DNA of 64,000 bases from Azolla caroliniana (lineage: Eukaryota; Plantae; Polypodiophyta). The translations under genes were made by a program, and so were the position numbers. Location of the stretch: positions 9,796,001 to 9,860,000 of the forward strand of contig JBHGNT010000012.1 of NCBI GenBank assembly GCA_043228905.1, given 5' to 3'. Shown here piece by piece: positions 24,069-35,251 of this stretch (within the stretch, counting starts at the first letter, position 1; every line of letters begins with the position of its first letter). The notes beneath the pieces are model-generated. The model had not been told where the DNA came from, ran no database searches, and was given only the letters and a program-made list of their open reading frames with translations.

Positions 24069-26090
24069 TTATTCCTCGTTTACTGGTTCGTCCTCCGCCT
24101 CGGGCTGCTCGTCATTGTTGTCCATGCCCCCTAGCTCCGGCTCACCGTCGTGTCGTTTCTTGAACGCTTTGATCCTCTTCCCCGCTACCGGTATCACCAT
24201 TTTCGTACCGTCGAGCTCCGCGAGATGGTACGTCCCATTGTCGTTGGCGCCTCTTACTACGTAAGGCCCGAACCACCTCCTCGCAAACTTCCGCGTGGTC
24301 CTGTGCTGATTGTCGAGGCTACTGTCGTAGACTAGCACCCAGTCGCCTTCCTCGATCTTCCTTGGCCGGAGCCGGTGTGCTCGGTCGAACCGGGCTTTGT
24401 TCCTTATCCTCGCTACCCGAAGTTTCTCCGCGGCTCGCTCTACGTCCTCCGGCCTCCGCTCGAGCTGTCAAAACCGCGCCGCCAACAGTTCCTCCCGGCT
24501 CATCTCATCCCTCCAGTCCACCGTGGCCCACGAGGAGATCGTTCGCTCTGTTGGCATGATCGGCTTCTGTCCGAACATAAGCTCGGCCGGCATGAACCCG
24601 GTTACCGAACTGTGCGTAGTCCGGTCCGCCCACAAGGCATAAGGTAACAGCCGTGGCCAGTTCCCAACTTGGCCTCCACACGCCCATACTAGCGCTTTGA
24701 CAATTGGCCCGTGTCCGCGCTCCACCTTCCCGTTCGTCTCCGGATTGTACGCTGTGGTGAGCGAAAGTTTGACTCCTAGCCGGTCGAACAGCTCTTCGGC
24801 CTCTTCTACGTCCAACTCACCACGGTCAGCCACGATCTTCCCTACGCACCCGTATCGGCATACCACATCCTCAATCAAAAACCGGCATACGGTTGCAGTC
24901 GTCTTGTTTTGCAGAGCTCGGCCTTCAACCTAGTTCGTTAGATCCTATCGAGCTAGCACCAGATACCGCATCTGCCCTACCCCCATTGGCATCGTCACCA
25001 AATCCACCATCCACTTGAAGTGGACGATCGGAGGGTAGGTCGGGTGAAGCTCGTCCCGGTGTCAGATCATGGAGTGCACCTGACAGCTTTCGCAAGTCGT
25101 CACGAAACAATGCACGTCCCGGTATAGTCCCGACCACCAGTACTTCCCCTTTAGCTTTTAAAACGTGGCCCACATTCCACGGTGTCCAGCCCAAGGACTA
25201 TCGTGGTACGCCGCTAGCAAATCCTCCTGTTCCTCCTTCTTCACCACCACTCGGAGCGGGATGCCGTTCCTCTTCTTCGGGTGCTTCCATATGTACCCGT
25301 CCTGGAGAAAGAATCGGTAGGCTTTCTTCCGAATCCGGTTGGCCTCATTCGTTGTCCATGCCGTGTCCGGTGTCATTGCTTTCAGGAACCCGCCGATCTG
25401 CAGCCACTCCCCGTTGCACTTGCTCTCGTCGAAATCATTAAGCGTTGGAGTGCATTCCCTGCCGGTTGTTACGTGAGCCGCCTCGAAGAAGTCCACGCCG
25501 ACTTCCTCGTCCTCTGAAACCATGCCGCCCTCGTTTTCGAACCTCGCCCTTGAAAGCATGTTGGCCATGGCATTGTCTTTCCCGGAAATGTGTCATATTT
25601 CCGGATTCAGGGACTTGATGTACGCTATCCACCTGAGCATTGCCAGGTCCGGCGTCGCGCATTCGGAAACCATGCCAAGAATTGGCAGGCAGTCCGTCTC
25701 GATAATTACCTCTGCCCCGATCAGGTAGTCTTTATTGGCCTTTACCATCGAAACGATACCCCAGAGCTCGCGTTTAACCTGGGCGTATCCTCGCTGTCGC
25801 TCGCTGAGGACCTTCGCGCCGAACCAGATCGGGAAACGCATGCCGTGCTCATCCTCTTGGTTGACGACCCATCCGATCCCGGTCGGACTCGTGTCTATCG
25901 TTACGTAAATTGGAGTGTCCTTTCCGTAGACAGCCTTTCGGAGCGCCGGAGCTGCGGCAAGTGCTTCCTTCATCTTTCGGACAAACTCCGTATGCTCATC
26001 TCTCCACTCAAATTTTCGTCCCTTTTTCAGCAACCCGTATAACGGCTCCGCGACGTGAGCGTATTGCGGGATCCATATGTGGTAGAATGT
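24069..26090 (-). pseudogene. Element C RT connection, RNase H and integrase
   Basis: VTIDTSPTGIG, KRELWG, IETDCLP RNase H; HDSPWAGH, VADRGEL, YNPETNGKVERG, WFGPY integrase. Confidence 0.95.
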
Positions 26091-26784
26091 TTTCGTGAAG
26101 ATTTTCGTCCACAAGCGGAAACCTGAGCAACGAGAGCCAAAGAGCGATGTGCAACGTTGCACACGTACATAATGTATTTGTAATAGTAATAAAGGTATAA
26201 AGGTGATGTGGTCTTGTGCGCACATCCACGCGAGAGAGAGAGAGAGAGGTACTATGCGGTACATAGGTACCTAGTTGTTTGTGTGGAGGTGGGAGTAAAG
26301 GGGCCATCAATCTCACCCTCCCCAAATCAAGGCAAATATCCCCTTTAAATGAAAGGGGATATTTTGAGTCTCACTTTTGTAAATGGTCTTCCCTCCTGCT
26401 ATAAAAGGAGTGGGAAGGCATCATTGTAAGGGTTGCCTATTTTGAGTGTGCGAGGTATACCACATAGGTCGAGCGTTAGGGTTAGCGTTAGGGTTTCTTT
26501 ATCCTTATCTTCATCTTTGTCGGTTAGGGTTTCGAGTAGCCGTTTGGTGCGGCCTATGTGGCCACCATTTGTAATCGTTCATTTCATTTTAATATATCTT
26601 GTTGATCATCTTGTCTCCATCTTCCTCTTGTTCGATCTAATCTCTTGTTCATTCTTCTTCTTCTTGAGCAAAACTTCCATTCCATGTCTGATTCCGTCTC
26701 CTCTACTCCTTAGTCCAAGACCCCCGTGGTCCTGCCCTTCTCCACGCACGCGCGTAGCAACGCGACATATTTGGTGAACCCGAC

Positions 26785-27291
26785 GTGAAGAGGCGGCAAG
26801 GGAGGAAGGAGATGGAAGCCGGAGACATCGCGGAAGTAATTATGAGAATGTCAAGGGATTTCGCAAGAAGGAGAGAAAGACGGGAAGAGGTGTACAAGTA
26901 CAATCGACGCGAGTTCGATCTATGGGTGTCGTCGGCAAAGGCTCCTCGAAGCGCAATGAAGGCATTCTGGGAGTGCGATCTCCGGTTTTCCCAACTTTCG
27001 GTCCGGGATCAAGAATCGGTGGGGGCGGACAAGGTCCCACTATTCTTGAAGTCGGTCAACGAAAGGGGGAGAATGGCCATTTTTCCCTACCTCGAAGACG
27101 ATGAAGGGGCGTACGGCCTCACCGAAGATTGGAACGAGGTGGAATGGGCGTGCATACAATGCGATGAGAGGCGGTCGGCCACAACGCGGCCCGCGAGCAG
27201 CGGAGAAGAGAGAGCGGCGACCGACTACGCACTATCGCCGGAAGAGAGCTCGACATCGAAGCCTTGGTGCGGGAAGCGTACGAGATCGTAG
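26785..27291 (+). pseudogene. Truncated gag of H
   Basis: FSQLSVRDQ..LFLKSVNE..GLTEDWNEV is homologous to C/D gag FARLSVLDR..LFVKSVDE..GLMVDWAVV. Confidence 0.75.
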
Positions 27292-28658
27292 AGGCACAAG
27301 TCGAAGCCGAAGAAGGGCTTATTGCGGAGTCGGGCCCGAGCGGATCGGAGGATGAGGAGGCCGAAAGAGAATGGTACATCGGTACCACGGGAGAGGGTGC
27401 GGAGCGAGCCAGCCTCTCGACATGCGGAGAAAGATCGACCGAGGACGAGGTCCGGGACGGTGAGGCGGCGATCGCCAGTTCGAGCGGACATGAGGGAGTT
27501 TGGGCATGGAGGCCCGAAACATCAAGCGGGGAGAAGATGGGCGGTGGTGCCGGGACCTTACGCACACCGGGCCTAGAGACTCCGGCAACCGGCCCGAGAG
27601 CCAGTGTGAGACCTAGAGTGACGGGCGGTGGCGGCGGCAAGGCGGGTGACCACGATGGTGACATGGGAGAGGGTGCGGAAAGAGGGACTCTCTTGTCTTG
27701 CGGCGAATGGATGGCCATGGAGGCCGGTAACTACGGATTCGGGACATGGCGGCCCGAAACATTGAGCGGGGAGGACACAAGCGGCGGTGCCGCGACCTTA
27801 CACACACCGGCCCTAGAGGCACCGGCGGTCGGCCCGATTGCCAGCGTGAGACCTAGAGCGACGGGCGGTGGCGGCGGCAAGGCGGGCAACCGAGACAACG
27901 GTATGCAGACCGTGGAAGTGGAGGCGGCAAGCATAATTGATGCTTCCATATACGGAGGCGGGGTAGCCACGGAGGACGATGTCCGAATGGAGGTGGCTAC
28001 GGGCATAGCATCGACGAGCGGCGGCATTGCTACCTTACACGCACCGGTTCAAGAGACCCCGGCGACTGGCCCGAGTGCCTGCGTGACACCTAGGGTAATG
28101 AACGGTGGCGGCGGCAAGGCAGACGACCACGGCGACGATGTGGGAGAGGGTGTGGAGCGAGCGACCCTCTCGACTTGTGGAGAGAGGACGGCCATGGATG
28201 AGGCCAATATCTACGGAGCAATGGACGCCACTTCGAGAGTGGGCGAAAGTTTCGGGGCGCGGTTGCCCGAAACGTTCTACGAGGATTTCGTGAGCATACT
28301 CGAGGCTTGCGAAATCGAGGAAGAAGAGGAGACGAGCGACGGTGCCGCGACCTTCCACACACGGGTCCTAGAGACTCCGGCAACCGGCCCGAGAGCCGGT
28401 GTGAGACCTAGAGAGACGGATGGTGGCGGCGGCAAGGCGGGCAACCGAAATGATGAAGAGGAGGTTTGTAGCGGACGGAGGCGAGATCCCTCGACACCGG
28501 GGCCGGAGACTTCGGCCATTGCGCCCGAGCGCGGACATAAGACCGGGGAGATGGGCGGTGGCCGTGAGGATGAGAGGCCCGGAGTGGGCACGTGCGAAAA
28601 GACCGAAGGAGAGGTCTGGAGCGGCCTCGAGGAGCGAGTTGGGAACCGACCCGATTGA
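27264..28658 (+). CDS. 464-aa Gly/Glu/Thr-rich repetitive ORF in H, unknown function
   Basis: Four copies of TLxxPxLETPATGPxAxVRPRxTxGGGGKAG; open frame may reflect GC-rich repeat composition. Confidence 0.4.
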   Translation: MVREAYEIVEAQVEAEEGLIAESGPSGSEDEEAEREWYIGTTGEGAERASLSTCGERSTEDEVRDGEAAIASSSGHEGVWAWRPETSSGEKMGGGAGTLRTPGLETPATGPRASVRPRVTGGGGGKAGDHDGDMGEGAERGTLLSCGEWMAMEAGNYGFGTWRPETLSGEDTSGGAATLHTPALEAPAVGPIASVRPRATGGGGGKAGNRDNGMQTVEVEAASIIDASIYGGGVATEDDVRMEVATGIASTSGGIATLHAPVQETPATGPSACVTPRVMNGGGGKADDHGDDVGEGVERATLSTCGERTAMDEANIYGAMDATSRVGESFGARLPETFYEDFVSILEACEIEEEEETSDGAATFHTRVLETPATGPRAGVRPRETDGGGGKAGNRNDEEEVCSGRRRDPSTPGPETSAIAPERGHKTGEMGGGREDERPGVGTCEKTEGEVWSGLEERVGNRPD

Positions 28659-31512
28659 AAGATGAGCCGGTCGGTAATCCGACCCGACCAGGAGGCGGAG
28701 CGGAAGAAGGGTGAAGCGGGGTCCAGTCAACCGGGCCCAAACCGAAGAAGAACCGGCAAGGCCGGATTTGCGCGGACAAACATGTACCGGCCGGTTACGA
28801 TTACGGAAGGGAGCCGACCAAACCGGAACTCGATCGGCCGAGACCGATCCGGGCGAAGGCTAACTCGGCATGGTTGGAGATCGGGGAGGACGGGTCACAA
28901 CACGCAATGAGAGCCGGTGAGCGTATTGAGGAGGCCTAGTGGGCACAGTGATCGTGGCTTGCTAGAAGACCGAGAGCAAGAGGGACCTTCCACACCCATT
29001 CTAGAGACTTCGGCGGTTGCGGATCAAAGTGAGACCGGAGAGACGGCGGGTGGCGCCGAGGAGTCGGAGGCCGAAGCGGACAAAGTTATCGGAGCGGGTA
29101 TCCGGTATGAGATGATGGACGAGCGGGTCCAAGATGGCGAGCCCGGGTCGGAACGGGCTACGGTGACAAAGGAAAAAGTGGCCGACGCAGAGGTCGGGTC
29201 TACGGCGGATGAAGGGCGTAACACGAAGCATGCATTACTGTCAGTGAAGGGCCCAAGAACGAGCATGCATCCGAGAGAGCGTCAACGAGTGACCGGAAAT
29301 GGTGGACCGATTGAGCCTTTGAGAGGCAAGGACTCGGTGGTGGACCGAGAGTGGGAGGAACCCTCCACACCTATCCGTGAGGCATCGGCGGTCGCGGATC
29401 GAAGGGAGACCGAAGAAGCGGTGGGTGGCGGCGAGGAGTTGGAGACCGACGCGGAGGTCGGGTCTACGGCGGAAGTGCGACACGAGACGCATGCAATACG
29501 ACCGTGGGAGGGCCAAGACACAAGCATGCATACGGTGGATGGGCGACAATGATTGACCGACGATGATGGTCGGTGTTACCCCGTACGAGATGTACGGAGT
29601 GTCAGTGTGATGAGCGAGGGTCGAATGTTATCATGATGTTGTTGTGTATGTGTAGGGGACATAAATGTAATTGTGAGTCTATACGTATGTGAACACATGC
29701 ACACGTGTGTGCATGTGGATGGATACGAGGAGGTGTGAGTGAGTTTCTAGTATGAATGCTCAAGGGGGCTTACACCCCTATGTATCTACCCCCTCTTGTA
29801 CTATTTAACCCCTTATGGGGAATGAATGAAATATGAAGGAATCATTTCTCTCTATCTATCTCTCTTTTCATCTCTCTCACCATCATACTCTTCATCATCT
29901 TTGCTATTTCACCATGTCTATCTTCGTCATCGTTAACCATCATCATCCTTAACCCTAACCCTAACTCTAAAACCTACAACACCTTTTGGCGACCACAACG
30001 ACGGACCCCCTTTGATGAAGAAGTCCAAGAAGAGAACGTGGCAGCATGATGTGCGAGAAATGACAGAAACATGCAAATGACGGCGACGATGTTCAATGTA
30101 TGTGCAAGCGAAGAAATGGAAACGATGACGTTTGTGTACGAGTGCAAGAAATGATGATGCGATGGAGGAATGCATGAATGGCAACAATGGTTGTGCGAGG
30201 TTGCGATTAGTGTCAATGTGCGGGTTTCCGATGCGGTTAGCGACAATGTGCGTGTTTTTGAAAGCGTGGTGCAAGATGCACGGCTGTACAAACTGCGATG
30301 CAGTGGGAACCGGTGCCAGCACAACCGGAACGAGAAGCCCACCAGGAGACTGCGGAGAAAGTCGCAGTGTGTGGAGCGGAGACCGGTAGGATGTGCTGAG
30401 AATGCACGAGAGGTGGTTCTAAAAGAAGCAACACAGAGAGAGTCGGAACCGGAATCGGAACCAGAACCGGAGCCGGTTAACACTGAAGGGTCGAAGAAGA
30501 CCCAGACATTGACCAACAAAGAAACCAACAACGCAGACCAGACATCTACGACCAAAGAAACCAACAACGCCAGAAAGAGACGATCGGATGCACCAGACAA
30601 AGACAGACAAAGACGACGAAAAGAGACTACTCAAACAGACAGAAAGAATGGAACAACGAAGGAGAAACACGACTAGAACAAATGCTAAGAACCAGTACAA
30701 CAAAAACAGGACCACATGTGCCCTCTAGGTCATCGTCATCAACTGGGAAAGCAGAAAAAAAAAAAAAAGAAGCAACTGCGACCAGAGCGGCAGCCGACCA
30801 AAATGGCCAGATATGGGAGCAGCCGGACAACATTCAAACTGACTACCGGAAAACCGGCCGGAACAGACCAGAAGACGACGGACGGTGCCGGACTACGACA
30901 AACCAACAGAGGAACGAAGGCCGGATGGCCACCGTATGGGAGCGGTTGAAGCACGGCGGAAGAGCGACCGCCCGTACGAGATGTACGGAGTGTCAGTGTG
31001 ATGAGCGAGGGTCGAATGTTATCATGATGTTGTTGTGTATGTGTAGGGGACATAAATGTAATTGTGAGTCTATACGTATGTGAACACATGCACACGTGTG
31101 TGCATGTGGATGGATACGAGGAGGTGTGAGTGAGTTTCTAGTATGAATGCTCAAGGGGGCTTACACCCCTATGTATCTACCCCCTCTTGTACTATTTAAC
31201 CCCTTATGGGGAATGAATGAAATATGAAGGAATCATTTCTCTCTATCTATCTCTCTTTTCATCTCTCTCTCTCTCTCTTCCCTCCCCTTAACGTTGAACC
31301 CCCTTGGGAGGGGGGTGGAGCCATTCTAGGCACCACCCCCCACCCCGCAATGCTTCTTAATGCTTGTCTTGTTCTCTATATGATCTCTCTCACCATCATA
31401 CTCTTCATCATCTTTGCTATTTCACCATGTCTATCTTCGTCATCGTTAACCATCATCATCCTTAACCCTAACCCTAACTCTAAAACCTACAACACCTTTT
31501 GGCGACCACGAT

Positions 31513-32139
31513 GGGTACCGGCCGGTATATTACGCCAGCCGGAAGCTGTCCCAAGCGGAGAAGAACTATTCAACGTCGGAACGGGAGGCCCTGGGCATGA
31601 TCTACAGTGTAACAAAGTTTCGGCATTACCTATTGGGAAGGAAGTTCTCCTTTCATGTGGACCACTCGGCGCTCCTGTACTTAGTGTCCAAGGCGTCCCT
31701 GACCGGTAAGTTGGCCCGTTGGACCTTGCTGTTGCAGGAGTTCGAATTCGAGATTTTCCACCGGCCCGGTATCCAGCATGCCGTAGCAGACTATCTAAGC
31801 CGATTAGAGTCCGGAGAACCAGGCGACGGAGTAGCGGATGAATTCCCGGACGCAGAGTTATTCCGTATCACCCCGGAAACGGCAGCGGACGACACGGTGG
31901 CATCAGAAGATAGGTGGCTGACAAACATGCACCAGTTCCTAAGCACGGGCCTGCCACCGGAGGAAATGAACCGGGACGAGAGGAAACGACTGGCGGTGCA
32001 GAGCCGCAATTTCTGTCTATTACGGGACACTCTCTACCACAAGGGAGCAGATGGAATAAGGAAGACACGGCAACCCGTAAGGAAAACGGTAAGGGTCCGA
32101 AGGGACCTACGGATGTGTAAGGTCACACACCGTCATTAA
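31513..32139 (+). pseudogene. RNase H and integrase-linker fragment of G
   Basis: PVYYASRKLS..EREALGMIYSVTKFRHYLLG..HVDHS..AVADYLSR. Confidence 0.93.
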
Positions 32140-32147
32140 AAATTTAA

Positions 32148-32187
<40 letters not shown>

Positions 32188-32210
32188 TAAAAATCGAGGT
32201 ATGAACGGGT

Positions 32211-35201
32211 GTGAAAGCAAGGAGCGAAAAGGTACGTAGTGGGCATTTAAGAGACGCCACGCTACTTAATACTAAATTGGTACACGACGTGTGCATGCTC
32301 GAAAAAGGCGCCAAAACGCACAAAGAAGAAGCAGAACGCATGGAGACCTTTTCATTTCGCGAGCCAAGAAGCACAGAAGCACCAAGACAGTGGAAGCTGA
32401 GCAAACGCGAACCTGCACGCAGAGAACCCCCACGTTCAGAACGCTCTCTCTCTCGTCCTCACTCTCATCACCACTCTACCTCGCCATCTTTCCTCGACCT
32501 CGAAGCAGACATGGAACCACAAACGCTCTCGGAAGCGGCCAGGAAATGGTTCAGGCAACACGGACTGGAGGGGTTCTTGGCCATCATGGAAGCACCACCG
32601 CACAGAGAAGCCGACCAGGTCATCAAGGAGCTCGACAAGGAAGTCATCACCGAGGAAGCGATCCGTGCGCTAACAGGCCTTCCGGAGGGAGGAATTTTTC
32701 AGATTGATAATCCAACCTCGGAGCAACTCACCCGATATTTCGGTGAGTACTCTGTTGCCGGCAAAGGCTATCGAACGCAGGGCGGCGAAGATCCGCTGTT
32801 CAGGGAGATAGCTCGAGTGCTCCATGAGTACGGCCACGTGTACCCCCGACCCCCTGTCATGCCAAAAAATCGGGCAGGGATGATCATAGCCACCTATGAA
32901 GGGACCAAGGTGGATTGGCCGGTGTTGATTGCAGACGGTTTGTGCGTGGCAATCGACATGGTACGAGGAAAGGACGGCAAGGAGGGCCGGAAGCTGTGGC
33001 ATGCCGTCGCTCAGTGGATAACATTGCTCGTGCCGCCGGTCGAGACCGTTCAGCCAAAGAAGCGGCCAAGAGTATCGGAAGGAAGCACCTCGAAGCCGGC
33101 GTCCAAACGACAGCAGCTGCTGGCGTCGAAGGCGACGAAAGGGAAGAAACGGGTCCCAGAACCGGAGGAGGTGTCACCGGTCCGACCCGTCAAGATAACC
33201 ATACGGAGATCGGGACAGAAGGAACCGGAACCCTTGACGGCACAGAAACATGCCGTGACACAGGAAGAGGAAACGGAGGAGCCAGAAGAGCACCTCCAAT
33301 GACGGTCAAGAAGTAGGACCGCCGAGACAGGAGGGGAGCGGTCGTACCCGCGAGAGGCAGAAACGCCCCCAACTCAACCTGAGCAAACCACAAGGGAGGA
33401 ACCGGAACCGGTGCGTAGGGAACCGGTCTTGTCGACTTCTGTAGAAGAAGTCAGTCCAACGGCTCCGGAGACGGCGAGAACTGGAACTCAACAGCCGGCG
33501 AGCCCAGCCAGCACACACGGCGGCCAAGGAGTAGAACCAGAACGGCATATGCAGGCACTTAGGCCAGACAATTCCACAGGGAATGAGCCGACCCGACCAG
33601 TACAGCAACAAGGCACCAGTAGCATGTGGCTACGGTGGGTAGGCGAGCAAATCGCCGGAGCGGTCGAGTATATAGAGGCGGAAGAGAGAGCGCACCAGGA
33701 ATGGTTGCTCGTCACAACCGTAGATCTAGAGACGGCCCGGTCCAGAATCCGGAGCCTTGAACAAGACTTGGACAGGGTCACAAGGGAAATGGCTCAATTC
33801 GCTTTGACAACACAAGTCCAAGCACCGGTGACTCCGGGCAATGTACAGAATAAAGTGTCAAATCAACCTGTACATAGCAATCAGACCCCGGCAACGGAAA
33901 CCGTTCCGGAAAGAAATGCGGCACAAGCCCAAGAGCTTGCGGACTTAAAGGATGAGCTAGCTGCCCAAGAAGCGCTGAGGAGCCGCGAAAGAGAGTTGAA
34001 GACGGCAGCGGAGGCAGAACTCAAAAAGACTGCTGAGAATCTACGCCGAGTCGAGGAGAGCTTACGGAAAGGCCACCAAGCGTACGACCGGCTCAAGGAG
34101 GAAAAGGAGAAAATGTTGCAAGAGAAGGACAGACTCCGGAGGAACGCCGAAACAGAAGTAGAGCGCCTGAAAGAGGAACTCCGGCAGGTAAAGGACCGGG
34201 AAGACCGGAACCATCGCCAGATCAACGGCAAGCTCAAACAAAAAACAGAGGAATTTGAGAACTTGCACCGGGAGTATAAACGGTTGCAAACGGAGCACAA
34301 GGAACGGACGGATGAGCTCCGGCAAGCAGTTGATCGGACCGCAACCGCATTCGCCAAGGAACAAGCGGAAAACAGAAGACGGTTGGAAGAGGCGAAGAAG
34401 GTTCGGACAGAGCTCCTCAGGCAACAGCAGGCGGAAAAAGAAAGAGCGGCGGAGGTACTGCAGAGGCTGCAAACGACATATCAAGGGCAGCTGACGCGCT
34501 ACAGAGAGCAGGCGGAGGATACGGCAAATCTCATCAAGCAGTTGAAGGAGGAGCGACAAGTGGTGGAAAGCAGAGCGCAAATGGGAGCAAGTCGCATCCA
34601 GGATATAATGCGGGCCTGCTTGAACCAGACCAAGAGCTTGATTGACAACGGGTCCGTCAAATGGTGGACCAAGTGGGCCACGAACGCGGCGGAACTCCAA
34701 TTGCTCCGGGCTGACGTAGAGAACCGGCGGAAGGAGGGAGATGATTGCTATATGCTGACTTCCGAAGACTTCACCGGCATAAGAGATGAGCTTGCCGAAG
34801 ACTTTCAAGCCTTGGCAGATGACCAACTAGGGCAGGTCCGGCAACTTGTAGCTCAGCTGGACGACGACAGGCTGGAGGCGCAGATCCAGTTTGAAAGCTA
34901 CGAGAGGTCTCGGATCCGGGGAGAGAAAGAACGAGAACCGGTTACGGTCAACCTCAGTGATGAGGAACCGTTACTGGAAGGAGACCGGACCGGAAGCAGT
35001 CAAACGGAGATGCCGGAGTCAGAGAGACAAACGGAGTCAGCGAAACAAACGGAGCAGCAGCAGCAAGCAGAGCAGCCGGAGCAGCCTCAGTCCCAACCTC
35101 AACCACAGCAGCAGCAGCAAGCACAGCCGCAACAACCACAACCGGAAGAACAAGTGGAAATTCTTGAACAAAGTATTTTGGACAATTTGGGTGAACAATG
35201 A
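32211..35201 (+). CDS. Accessory ~1000-codon ORF (globular N-terminus, long coiled coil, Q-rich tail), one in-frame TGA at 33300-33302
   Basis: ORFs 32211-33302 and 33411-35201 share a frame; homologous position in A reads EHLQRR; true start codon uncertain. Confidence 0.85.
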
Positions 35202-35213
35202 AGGGGCCGAGAA

Positions 35214-35251
35214 GGGTTCGACGTACAAGGTACTGTCCCACGGGCGTGCCA
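35214..35251 (+). promoter_or_regulatory. tRNA-Arg(TCT) 3'-end-like sequence at the PPT position of G
   Basis: GGGTTCGA-cgtacaaggtact-GTCCCACGGGCGTGCCA, then TG, then LTR. Confidence 0.85.

Noticed and set aside
32211-35201. env-like gene call
   Set aside because: No signal peptide or transmembrane segment is visible; the sequence is highly charged coiled coil
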